A stretch of 64,000 bases of DNA from a bacterium (GTDB lineage Bacteria > UBA10199 > 2-02-FULL-44-16 > JAAZCA01), in assembly GCA_963674695.2 (NCBI GenBank), contig CAXXGI010000002.1, positions 843,406 to 907,405 of the forward strand. The letters run 5' to 3'. This document shows, piece after piece, positions 9,094 through 18,400 of the stretch. The translations under genes and the position numbers were made by a program. Position 1 is the stretch's first letter. Every line of letters begins with the position of its first letter. The notes below the pieces were generated by a model. It was not told the origin of the DNA and ran no database searches. It saw only the letters and a program-made list of their open reading frames with translations.

Positions 9094-9992
9094 ATGGGAT
9101 CGATGGCAAAGTAGTCGGAGCCGACGATATAGGCCGTGCCCTTCACGTCGACCCTTCGCAGATATGCGATCTTCTTGGATGGCCTGGTCTCTCCCGGCTT
9201 CGGCCACATGTAGCTGATCCAGGCCGTGTCCGTCGTCTTGAGCGCGTCGATCATCTCCTCGATGGTTTTTCTTCCCATGGCGTCCCTGAAGCCGAGCAGG
9301 TTTCTCCCGCTGCCCTCGCCTGCAAACGCCTTGAGGTCAGGCGAAGCGGGATCGACGATAACATGCCCGGTCATGTCGAGGACGAAGAGGTAGATATCCT
9401 TATAGACGAAGCGGCTCGACCGGTCGGCAAACACCGCAAACGCGGCCGTCCCTTTCTCTCGGATCAGGTCCACCGCTGCATCGACCGTTTCGACCAGGAA
9501 CTGCCGCTCGGTGCGCATGTTGTAGATGCCGCTGCCGATGAGGACGTCCGTGCCGTCGAGGCCGGTTGTGCGCAGGACATACGAGCTCTTCCAGGTCGGG
9601 AGGAGGCCGCCCGGCTCGAGCCAGAGATAATGGACCCAGCCGCCCGGGTCGGAAGGATCGCGCGTGGTCACATCGATCATCTGCCGGATGATTGGCTTTC
9701 CCTCGAGATCCCGAAGGCTCAGGATGTTCTTTCCGACGAGGTCGGGGTTGAAGGGATCGAACAGGGGGGTGCCATGTATGTCGATGACGAAGAGATAGTG
9801 GCTGTCCTCTTTCTCAAATTCCGCGAATGCGCGTGCTCCTTTCCGGGAGAAGAGCTCCGCGGCATCGTGAACGGAATCGATGAGTTCCTGCGTCTCCCGG
9901 AACTGGTACTTGTCCAGCTCCTCGTCTGCGGCAAGGGAGGCCGTCGGGAATGCGAGGACCAGCAGCATGGAAAGAACTCTGAATCGCATCAT
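9078..9992 (-). CDS. Stand-alone periplasmic protein with two tandem single-Cache domains
   Basis: Signal peptide ending ASLA. Two repeats of YLFV.D..G...GKN.L..RD..G+..I.+MI...W..Y.W..PG...K.+Y+.R...+GS. No TM or kinase output. Overlaps the permease start. Confidence 0.88.
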   Translation of the reverse strand: MMRFRVLSMLLVLAFPTASLAADEELDKYQFRETQELIDSVHDAAELFSRKGARAFAEFEKEDSHYLFVIDIHGTPLFDPFNPDLVGKNILSLRDLEGKPIIRQMIDVTTRDPSDPGGWVHYLWLEPGGLLPTWKSSYVLRTTGLDGTDVLIGSGIYNMRTERQFLVETVDAAVDLIREKGTAAFAVFADRSSRFVYKDIYLFVLDMTGHVIVDPASPDLKAFAGEGSGRNLLGFRDAMGRKTIEEMIDALKTTDTAWISYMWPKPGETRPSKKIAYLRRVDVKGTAYIVGSDYFAIDPIWKKF

Positions 9993-10060
9993 ATCTCCGA
10001 ATCTCCGACCGATCATATTGAATGCGGCGGATTTTTGCAAAGTGCAAAAATATGCACGTC

Positions 10061-10208
10061 CAGAGGTTTTCCGTTTTTGGAGCCAAAAGGCCCGCGTCCG
10101 GCGGGAGTATTCTGCGAGTGGTATGTCAAAATTCCCGCCCGACGTGTATGTTGGGGAGATCGGGGATGGCTGGAAGAGGGGTTCGATAGGTCAGAAAGGA
10201 TGGTAGGG
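10061..10208 (+). repeat. Composite intergenic repeat, copy E (right arm only)
   Basis: Positions 10061-10117 align ungapped to 2057-2113 (45/57 by hand count). Similarity continues to copy D and to 14632-14668. Confidence 0.8.
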
Positions 10209-10278
10209 ATGGGAGATGGGGGCTTCCCTATCGAGAGGTACGCTTTCCCAGTTTTTCGTAAAGATGGAGAAAAATGTA

Positions 10279-10305
10279 GCAACAAAAGGAGGTTGTGGTC
10301 GATAG
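10279..10305 (+). promoter_or_regulatory. Putative sigma28 (FliA)-type promoter
   Basis: GCAAC-N14-GTCGATAG. The -10 element resembles GCCGATAA. Lies just upstream of the GAGGAG RBS of ORF 10332. Confidence 0.4.
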
Positions 10306-10331
10306 CAAGAGAGACCTGAGAGGAGAAGACT

Positions 10332-11609
10332 GTGGTCCAAGGGATGACAACACGGGGTTTGGTTCGGGAATTCGTCAAGGCTCATGATCGGGATCCCTCG
10401 AACAACGTACCTGAGCCGATTCCAGAGTCCCGGGTGAACGAGGATTTTGCCGATCTGTATTTGGCCAATGTCATCGGCTCTCTTGGCGCTTCTTCCGCCT
10501 CAGACTTTCATGAGGCCAACGCGGAATTCTTTAAATATCTTCCTCCGCCATGTCGTGCACGGGTGCTTACCTCCATTCATCGTAGCTGTGCGATGGTGAA
10601 TGATTCAGCCTTCTGCAGGAATGAACGTTGGAACATGAGCTGTCTTACAGAGCAAGCTCCTGCTGATGTCGATGCTAGAGCGTTGAGCCGAGAGGATATA
10701 AAAACCCTACACCATTTCTCTGTGTTGCAAGATCCAAAGGCGTTCCCAGCGATTTCAGCACAGGAAACATCGGCTGTTTATAAAAAGATTCAATGGCTCA
10801 TCACGCGCTCTCACGCGGCAGGTCTGGAAGCGTTTGCCTTGCGATTGGAAGATCTTCTCAAACAAGGGCGCATTCGGTTGTTTGAAAACATGGAGGAACA
10901 GATCAACGCCAGTGGGTTTGTCGACCCACGAACTGAAACTGTTTATCTGAGCTGCTACATGTTTGAAGCTTCGTGGGCTGATGAAGCGGAGGTGTCTTCC
11001 GAAGACATTAGTGAAACAGAGCTGTTAGCCTATGCTCGAAAACAGCTCTCTATCGAATGGAATTTCCACTGCCCGGAATTAGAGATGGGCCAGCTAGAAA
11101 AAATTGCAAAAAAGTTTCCTCGCTTTCGACCGAAGGCGATTCAAAGAAAACTTCTCAATCAACGAAGAAAACAGCTCGCTGAACGCTATGCCTTCTACTA
11201 TGGAAGCTTGGCTCGACATACTTTCCCCCCAGAGATGCCGAGCTGGTTGATCGGTGTGGCTCATGAGGTGCGCCACGTAGAACAATATGCTCAAAATCGA
11301 ACCAACTGGAATCCATCGTGGTTGAAGAAGACCTCAGGCGCCGATCAAGCATATTATTTCTCCTTGCTGACATGGGTTCTCAATCGTGCCTTTGAGGTGC
11401 CTCAGCAGATGATTCCAGGAGGCATGCTGTATCAGTCTTTACGGGAAATAGGTTTTGATCCGAGTCAGTCTGAATTTCAAATGGAGCAGAATTCAGACAG
11501 CATATCGTATCTCGTCAGAGCTTCCGAACGGGATGCAGCCCTTTATGGAGTCCACGTTGCCAAGAAGCTCCTTCCTTTTTGGCGGGCGAGCCAAAGAGAG
11601 GCGAGGTAA
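10332..11609 (+). CDS. Hypothetical protein with a zincin HExxH motif
   Basis: 425-aa ORF with VAHEVRHVEQ and a downstream ASERDA candidate third ligand. No signal peptide. Confidence 0.7.
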   Translation: MVQGMTTRGLVREFVKAHDRDPSNNVPEPIPESRVNEDFADLYLANVIGSLGASSASDFHEANAEFFKYLPPPCRARVLTSIHRSCAMVNDSAFCRNERWNMSCLTEQAPADVDARALSREDIKTLHHFSVLQDPKAFPAISAQETSAVYKKIQWLITRSHAAGLEAFALRLEDLLKQGRIRLFENMEEQINASGFVDPRTETVYLSCYMFEASWADEAEVSSEDISETELLAYARKQLSIEWNFHCPELEMGQLEKIAKKFPRFRPKAIQRKLLNQRRKQLAERYAFYYGSLARHTFPPEMPSWLIGVAHEVRHVEQYAQNRTNWNPSWLKKTSGADQAYYFSLLTWVLNRAFEVPQQMIPGGMLYQSLREIGFDPSQSEFQMEQNSDSISYLVRASERDAALYGVHVAKKLLPFWRASQREAR

Positions 11610-11728
11610 CGTCCTGTTCAATTGACCTTCCAAAAAGCCGCTCGTCGAATGATCAAGTGCCGACGCGTGCGTGCGCGCGCCGGCACCCCTTCGGCCACCT
11701 TAACGGATATCCGCAGAGCGGAGCAATT

Positions 11729-12820
11729 CTACTTCGCCCTGTCGGTAACATCGATGAACGGCGTATCCCCTTTGAGGTTGATGGTCTTGATGGTGGGGGC
11801 GTTGAGATCCATCTTCATCAGATCGACCATCTTGATCGACATGTCGTCATAGGTGCGCATGTAGAAGCGCTTGTGCTTCAGATCCGCCACGCTCGTCCAC
11901 TGCGTATATTCGATGCCCTTTTTCGCACTCTTGGACGTCCGCACGGAGCCCATCGGGATATCGAAGTTGTTGAGAATGTGGAACGCCTGAAGGACGACAT
12001 CTGTATCTGTCTGTACGGGTACAGCCATGCCGCTGAAGAAGGCAGCGCGAACGAAGCGAGATGGAGAGGTCCAATCACCGGGGCTTCCCAGAAAGCCCGT
12101 CCCCATGCTTAACGCTTTGAGCTCGACCCCACGGAGGTTGACCGGAGGCGCGTTCACGGGAGTCAGGTTGATGTAGTTTCTGAGGTTCGTCATGTGCCAG
12201 TCGAAGGCTGGAACGTTTGTCATCACGCCTATCGTATTGTCGAAGACTTTGAGTTCCCCCCCGATGGGATCGATCGCGATGTTGTTTCCCTGCGCATCGA
12301 CGACGTCAAAGTGGTAGGTCTGCTTGCTTCCCGCGGTAAGATAGTTCGGCATGACGACCCTGATCTCCGCTAGGGCATTGCGCACCTCCTCCACCGTTGC
12401 GAAGTTCGTAAGCATCCATGTCGCCATGTCGAGTGGCGAAATCGTGCGCGAAGCCTGGGCCTTATCGTATGTCTGGAACTGTGCAAATCCCGGAAAGAAG
12501 AAGAGGCCGACGGCGAGCCCCTTCTCGTTCACGCCATCGACGATGACCGGTTTGCCCACGGCATTTGCGCCGACAACACCATACTTCGACGTCCACGTCA
12601 TGCCGGGTTTGCCGTTGGGCAGTGAACCTGTGAACTCCATCCCCCGAGGTAGAACGATAATGTTTGATTCCAGATCTGCAACAAACTCAAGCGAACGCGC
12701 GTGCACCACCGTGCCATCCTTTGCACTGAGTCGAATGCCGGTGCATGCATCGACTGAGGATGCGGATGAGACGATCAGCGTTGCCATGGCCACAAAAGCC
12801 AATGCGATGGATTTCTGCAT
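11729..12820 (-). CDS. Choloylglycine hydrolase / penicillin V acylase family Ntn hydrolase, secreted
   Basis: Signal peptide followed by nucleophile Cys (VDA-CTG). ARSLEF, DGVNEKGL, VMTNVP, PGDWTSPSRFVRA, YTQWT. Confidence 0.94.
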   Translation of the reverse strand: MQKSIALAFVAMATLIVSSASSVDACTGIRLSAKDGTVVHARSLEFVADLESNIIVLPRGMEFTGSLPNGKPGMTWTSKYGVVGANAVGKPVIVDGVNEKGLAVGLFFFPGFAQFQTYDKAQASRTISPLDMATWMLTNFATVEEVRNALAEIRVVMPNYLTAGSKQTYHFDVVDAQGNNIAIDPIGGELKVFDNTIGVMTNVPAFDWHMTNLRNYINLTPVNAPPVNLRGVELKALSMGTGFLGSPGDWTSPSRFVRAAFFSGMAVPVQTDTDVVLQAFHILNNFDIPMGSVRTSKSAKKGIEYTQWTSVADLKHKRFYMRTYDDMSIKMVDLMKMDLNAPTIKTINLKGDTPFIDVTDRAK

Positions 12821-12937
12821 GTGATCCCCCTTTTTTGTGATGGCATGAGTGTGCCCACTCATTTGGGGAACACAATAGAAAATCGTTGCATAGGTTTCCT
12901 TTTCATTCCCGAACAGATGCCCCTGGAGGTCGGGACG

Positions 12938-12969
12938 AAGTGGCACCTGGTCAAACCAGAAGCGCCCCC
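12938..12969 (+). repeat. Composite intergenic repeat, degenerate copy F
   Basis: AAGTGGCACCTGGTCAAACCAGAAGCGCCCCC versus copy A 313-344 AAGTGATAACTGGTCGAACCAAAGACGCCCCC (25/32). Confidence 0.65.
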
Positions 12970-13062
12970 TGCTTGATGAGTCGGCAAACCACCTCGACAT
13001 GTCGTCGATTGATGCTATAGGAGTTCTGACGAGTTTTTGGGCAACGTTGGAGGGAGTGAAGC

Positions 13063-14610
13063 GTGAATATTGTCGTCGATAATATCGATCTGGAGCCGGG
13101 GTGCGATGAAGCGGCCTTGGAATTGCGTGCCTCCAAAACGTATAGGGCGAATCTCAAGCTGTATAGGATTCTTCGTAAATCGATCGACGCCCGAAAAAAA
13201 GGCCGGGTGGTGGTCAAATATCGAGCGGTCTTTACGGTGGACGACAAGGAGGTTCATCGTTTGATCAAAGCGGGCTGTACCACCTATCACGAGTCCCCGG
13301 CGGTTGCACTCGCAACGGGTGGTGATCCTGGAAGTGTTCTCATTGTGGGGAGTGGCCCTGCCGGTCTTTTTGCGGCACTCCGCCTGATGGAGCGCGGCAT
13401 TCGCGCGACGATTCTTGAACGCGGAAAGCGTGTCGACGAGCGACATCAGGATGTGGCGCTCTTGAAGCAAGAAGGGGTGCTCAATACCGAGAGCAACGTG
13501 GTCTTCGGCGAGGGGGGTGCGGGAACGTATTCCGATGGAAAGCTCACGACGCGCATCAATAAGGACGGCATGGAATGGCTCTTTGAAAAGCTGGTTGAGT
13601 ACGGTGCTCCCGACACGATTCTTTTTGATGCCAAACCCCACATCGGAACGGATATTCTTTCGAACGTGGTCGTGAATATTCGAAAAAAACTCATAGCGTT
13701 TGGAACGGAGTTTCACTTCGGAGAGAGGGTGGTCGACATCGTCTCTCGTGAGGGAAAGGCTGTGGCTGTACATACCGTTTCCGGAAAAGAGATCCCAGCT
13801 GACCATATCATTGTGGCGTGCGGACATTCGGCGCGTGACCTTTTTGAATCGTTCGAGAAACAGGGCATCGTTCTCGAAAAGAAGGGCTTTGCCGTCGGCG
13901 TTCGCATCGAGCATCCGGCAGCGTTTATCAACAAGGCGCAATATGGCGTGCAGTATGCCAAACTTCCCGCGGCGGACTACCGGCTGGCATGTACCAACAA
14001 GGCGAGTCGGCGTGGAACATACTCGTTCTGCATGTGCCCAGGGGGAGAGGTGGTCAATGCTTCTTCTGAACAGGCGATGCTCTGTGTCAATGGCATGAGC
14101 TCTTCCAAGCGCGATCTTCCCTTTTCGAACTCCGCGATCGTGGTTGCGGTACGGCCGGAGGATGTGGGACCGGGTGCCCTCGGGGGCATTTGCTTCCAGC
14201 GTGACCTGGAGAAGAGGGCCTTCGATGCGGGAGGGGGAGGATTTGTTTCACCGGCGACGAGTGCCGCGACCTTCTGTACGGGAAAATCAAAACCGATGGA
14301 GCGAATTTCGTACGTCACGGGCTTTCGGGAAGCGGACTTTTCGAGGATCCTTCCGACGTTTGTGGTCGAGGAACTCAAGCGGTCGTTGTTCGTCTTTGAC
14401 CGGACGATCAAGGGTTTTGTTTCTGAGGGAGTGGTCATCGGCGTTGAGACGCGCACATCATCACCGGTACGAATCGTGCGTGGCGATGATTTTCAATCGG
14501 TTTCGCTCAAACGACTCTATCCGGCAGGTGAAGGATCGGGCTACGCGGGCGGGATCGTGAGCTCGGCCGTGGATGGATTGCGAATTGCGGATCACATTGC
14601 GGGCTTTTAG
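13063..14610 (+). CDS. FAD-dependent oxidoreductase (COG2509-like)
   Basis: Rossmann IVGSGPAGL, FGEGGAGTYSDGKL, YSFCMCPGG, ETRTSSPVRI, GEGSGYAGGIVSSAVDG. Confidence 0.93.
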   Translation: MNIVVDNIDLEPGCDEAALELRASKTYRANLKLYRILRKSIDARKKGRVVVKYRAVFTVDDKEVHRLIKAGCTTYHESPAVALATGGDPGSVLIVGSGPAGLFAALRLMERGIRATILERGKRVDERHQDVALLKQEGVLNTESNVVFGEGGAGTYSDGKLTTRINKDGMEWLFEKLVEYGAPDTILFDAKPHIGTDILSNVVVNIRKKLIAFGTEFHFGERVVDIVSREGKAVAVHTVSGKEIPADHIIVACGHSARDLFESFEKQGIVLEKKGFAVGVRIEHPAAFINKAQYGVQYAKLPAADYRLACTNKASRRGTYSFCMCPGGEVVNASSEQAMLCVNGMSSSKRDLPFSNSAIVVAVRPEDVGPGALGGICFQRDLEKRAFDAGGGGFVSPATSAATFCTGKSKPMERISYVTGFREADFSRILPTFVVEELKRSLFVFDRTIKGFVSEGVVIGVETRTSSPVRIVRGDDFQSVSLKRLYPAGEGSGYAGGIVSSAVDGLRIADHIAGF

Positions 14611-14631
14611 GGGGCTGATTCAGTATGGAAA

Positions 14632-14668
14632 GGAAGATGGGTTCGATTGGTCGGAGAGGATGCAAGGG
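14632..14668 (+). repeat. Distal right-arm fragment of the composite repeat
   Basis: GGAAGATGGGTTCGATTGGTCGGAGAGGATGCAAGGG versus 10172-10208 GGAAGAGGGGTTCGATAGGTCAGAAAGGATGGTAGGG (31/37). Confidence 0.7.
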
Positions 14669-14699
14669 CGGTGGGGGGATAATTTGAGGCGAGATGATG

Positions 14700-15170
14700 T
14701 TACTTCGTATTGAACATGATCTTTGCGCTTTCTGTCATGAGTGTTCCGTGCGGGATGATGAGTTCAGTGGCACCTTGTTCCGTTTTGACTATTGCAACGA
14801 TATGCATGGCCGCTTTAGTGGATACCTTCAGGTTGATCTCAAGAAAGACGGGCTTGAGAAAGAAACACTCGATAACGCCCCGAACTGGATTGCCATCGAC
14901 TGTTGCATCGATGGTGTCGCCAACGTTTAAGATGTGATCTTGAAATCGTATCGTCTTGAGATCGGATGCCTCGGGAGCGGGTTTGATGTCGATTCGTTGG
15001 CCAGAACTCATCGTAAGCCAGCTCGTTTTCTTGGGAACGCTCTCTTCGGTTTCGCATTTGTCATGGTGAACCGATAAACGTTCATCCCTTCCATCGCCAT
15101 CCAGATCATACACATCATATTCCCGTGTAGTTGGTTTTCGGTGGGTGCATTTTCGTATGGGTGTCGTCAT
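14700..15170 (-). CDS. Hypothetical protein with a DxDGDG loop
   Basis: 156-aa ORF with an AAGGA RBS and DLDGDGRDE. Confidence 0.6.
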   Translation of the reverse strand: MTTPIRKCTHRKPTTREYDVYDLDGDGRDERLSVHHDKCETEESVPKKTSWLTMSSGQRIDIKPAPEASDLKTIRFQDHILNVGDTIDATVDGNPVRGVIECFFLKPVFLEINLKVSTKAAMHIVAIVKTEQGATELIIPHGTLMTESAKIMFNTK

Positions 15171-15197
15171 GAAGATTCCTTTATTACCTTACCTGTA

Positions 15198-15224
15198 TTA
15201 TCGTCCAGCGGGGTTGAAAAGTTG
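15198..15224 (-). promoter_or_regulatory. Putative sigma28 (FliA)-type promoter
   Basis: Minus strand reads CAAC-N15-GACGATAA, 27 nt upstream of ORF 14700-15170. Confidence 0.5.
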
Positions 15225-15361
15225 TCTAAAAATGTGTTTTTCATTCTCCATGCAGTGCATGTCGACCAAAAATGGTTCTCAGATTGAGAATGTTCTTGCA
15301 GAATGAAAGGGGGTGCATATGGATATTTCTATAAAAACATGGGGTTAAGGTGTATCGCTAT

Positions 15362-15377
15362 TGGCATGAAGATTGCT
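15362..15377 (+). promoter_or_regulatory. Sigma54 (RpoN) -24/-12 promoter
   Basis: TGGCATG-AAGA-TTGCT matches TGGCAC/TG-N4-TTGCT with exact spacing, ~50 nt before the start codon. Confidence 0.75.
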
Positions 15378-15426
15378 ATGTAATTGAATGCTCTTTAAGG
15401 GGTGGGGCATCGACGAGGAGATGCCC

Positions 15427-18400
15427 ATGATTGTTCGTCTTCTGAAGTGTCGTTACGGAAAACTCCTTTCAATTGTCATCATCACCGCGTTTGTTGCTCA
15501 ACCCGCCTTTGCTGGAATTACGACGAAGGGCACCGCAGTTAAACGTGCACGATCCACAATCATCAAAGCCAATTCCAAACCATCCTTTCGGGAGCCAGAC
15601 GGCATCATCCGCTCGGATTGCGACCTGAAGGGGTTGTATCTGTCGCTCCTGTCGGATCTTGAACAAAAGCTGCGGCAGGAAGGTGCTGACTCCGGCTATG
15701 GGCTACCGTATGTGACATGTGCATCGGAACTGAAGGCGGTGCATGAGTCGGTCGATGATGACACGTCAGCGTTTATGGCCGATTTGAGCAATCAGTGTAC
15801 TCTGCTCGATACGTGTACAGGAGCGAATTCGTATCTGCTGCAGTCAGAGCCACGTGTAAGCGAGCGGCGATCCTGTATGTCATTGTACGATGACTACATG
15901 CATAACCAGGAGATGGTGGCACGTTTGAATGCGTTCACTCATGATATTCAGGTTGCCCTCAAGGAGAAGCTCTCCTCCGTTTCCCTTGGATATGGGAGCT
16001 GCAATGTTGTCCGCGACAGCTTCATTGCTCGCGAAGTGACGGTGCGTTCCATTCAGCAGCGTTTGCAGGATCGACAAGCCATCTGCACTGAGGAAAACCT
16101 TCTTTCCCGGGAATGGCATTATCGCAACTCGTGTCGGTACTCATGTGATAATCGAATCTGGCGAGATCACGTGGATACGAGGGTAAGAGAGATGTGTGCT
16201 CCGGAAAGGCAGTGCCGAAAAGAGTGGAACAAGATCGTGTGTACATATGATTGGTACTATATTCCCGGTGAAGAATCGTCGAACACGGTCGTATTGGATA
16301 ATGGCCAGGCGGGTTTGATTCGAGAGGCAGAAGAACCTGCGTCGGATGAGAAGAAAATGGAAGTACCTCCTGAAGTGAGAGCGAAGCAGTGCAAGGAATT
16401 GCTCGAACGCGCCAAGGCGAGATTGATGATGCAGATATCAAGCGAACCGAATCCAGCGGATGTCATCGGTGCATGGACGTATTCGGGCCTCACTGACGGG
16501 ACGAAGAAGGTCGTGAGGGGTGCATTGCGTGCACTGAATCAGGCTATTCATGTGTTGGATGAGCAGGATCCACGGTACGATTTCAATCTGATTCGTGAGT
16601 CCCGGATGTATGCGCGCTATCGCTCCGTGTTGGGCAGCGATGTCCAGCTTGTTCCCGCGGATATGGCATCCGCAATCGTGAGGGCTGTCGTGAGAAAATC
16701 GTATCTCAATCGGTACGCGCAGATCCCCGTGGAGCGTTCGGAAGCCAAAGTTGAACAATATCGAGCTCACATCAACGATGAAGTGTTCTCGGTTATCGTC
16801 TCTGATCTCGTTTTGGGATTCATTCCAAATGATGCGCTGACGCTGCTGACCGGTGTGCAGGATGAATGCCCTAGAAGTATGGTGGTGGATGGTGTCTGCT
16901 CTTCGGTGTCGTTCGATGGGAATGAAACGACGGGGCTGAAGGGCTTTGTTGAATCGGTGCGGCTGGGACGCGCGAAGGAGTGGTGGAAGGCGGCTTACAT
17001 CAGGTGGATCAACAAGAAGGGCGTTTCGGTTGGTCGGGGGCCGTTCGATGCCGGGGGGCAGCTGCGGCGAAAATATGATCTGATCGCCGAAAGGGTGTAT
17101 CGATCATTCCATGTGGGTGCGGGTGATGGTGCGACTGCAAGAGGTGATGCACAGGAAGGATTCTATCACGTCGAGCGGTTTTCAGATGTCATTATTCTCT
17201 CTCCCATCAATCATATGTCGGCAGAAGCCATATCATATTTCAACGATCATATGGAGGATTGGAAGCGGTTCCCCGAACTCTGGGAAAAGCTCAGGATGAT
17301 CCTGTGTGGTGAGGTCGACAGGCAAAGGCCGACGCTCGATTCCGAGACAGAATTCGTGAGCGATGGTTCGCATAGGGCCGATTCTCGGTTTCGGGTGGTT
17401 GCTTCGCATATTCTCGATCTCATTATCGCAAATGCATATGCGGAAGAGTCAGAGACGTTTTTGTCTCAACAACAAATCGATATGATAAAGCAGAATGCGG
17501 GTACGGCGGCGATCAATCTTCGTCTTTTGCGCGAGAGTGGCGCGTTCGGGTCTGCGGATGCAAAGACATTTGTAGACTCTGCTATTGGAGTGTTTGAGGG
17601 AATGGCTGATGGGATCTACGATTATGATTTGGAAAACACCGACATCAAGGATCTTGATGCTGCTCTCGGCATTAACCGGAGTGGTGAGATAACGATAGAC
17701 CCGGAAGCACTGAATGATGAAGACGTGATGACCGGTGTTGCGGCCCATGAACTGGGCCATTCCTATCTGGATGGCGAAGACCATCAGTTCGATTTCAATA
17801 TTCAGGCCGTAAAGGAAGGGCTCTGCAATTTATTGGACTTCATCTATCAGCTTGTTTCGACGGGATCGATGTCAAATCGCACGAATGCCGATGCGCTGGT
17901 AAGCGCGCTGCGAAATCCAAACAGTTCCATCTATGATCTGTTGGCGTGGTCAATGACAGACTATTATAGAACATCGGCCGTTGACTTCGAGAGTGCGCGA
18001 GAAGCGGCTCTTCAAGGATTCCCTCAAGTCAAACCGGATACGGTATATGATGACCCTGCAACTGATGATCAGAAAAAGTATAATGAACAGCTCGAGCATC
18101 AAGTGGAGCCTCCTGACTATACCGATCCAGATGATGTCGAGCCGTCTGATGGAGGAAAAAAGCCGGTAAAGCTGTCTGACGGAAGGGTGGCGTTTGCGGA
18201 TGATGACGCAACGGAATGGACGCCAAGATGTGTCATCAGTTTTGACGAACAGCTTCTCGAGGGGGAGATCGATCGCGATGATTCTCAAGAGCGAATGGAC
18301 CGGGAGATGAATCCGGAAGAAATGCCGGAAGGTCTGGACGATCCCCACCGGCGTCCGGATGCAGGCGCCAAGGACCCGTTTGGCGGTGCAGATCCGCATG

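Noticed and set aside
11683-11725. GCACCCC plus a 15-bp match (CCGCAGAGCGGAGCA) to 5137-5151
   Set aside because: It may be another remnant, but a single 15-mer match can occur by chance in 64 kb of GC-rich DNA.
285-14668. CRISPR array or classical integron attC array
   Set aside because: Copies are kilobases apart and no cas or intI gene is present. The hairpin has AAC...GTT ends but lacks RYYYAAC/GTTRRRY boxes and the unpaired central spacer.
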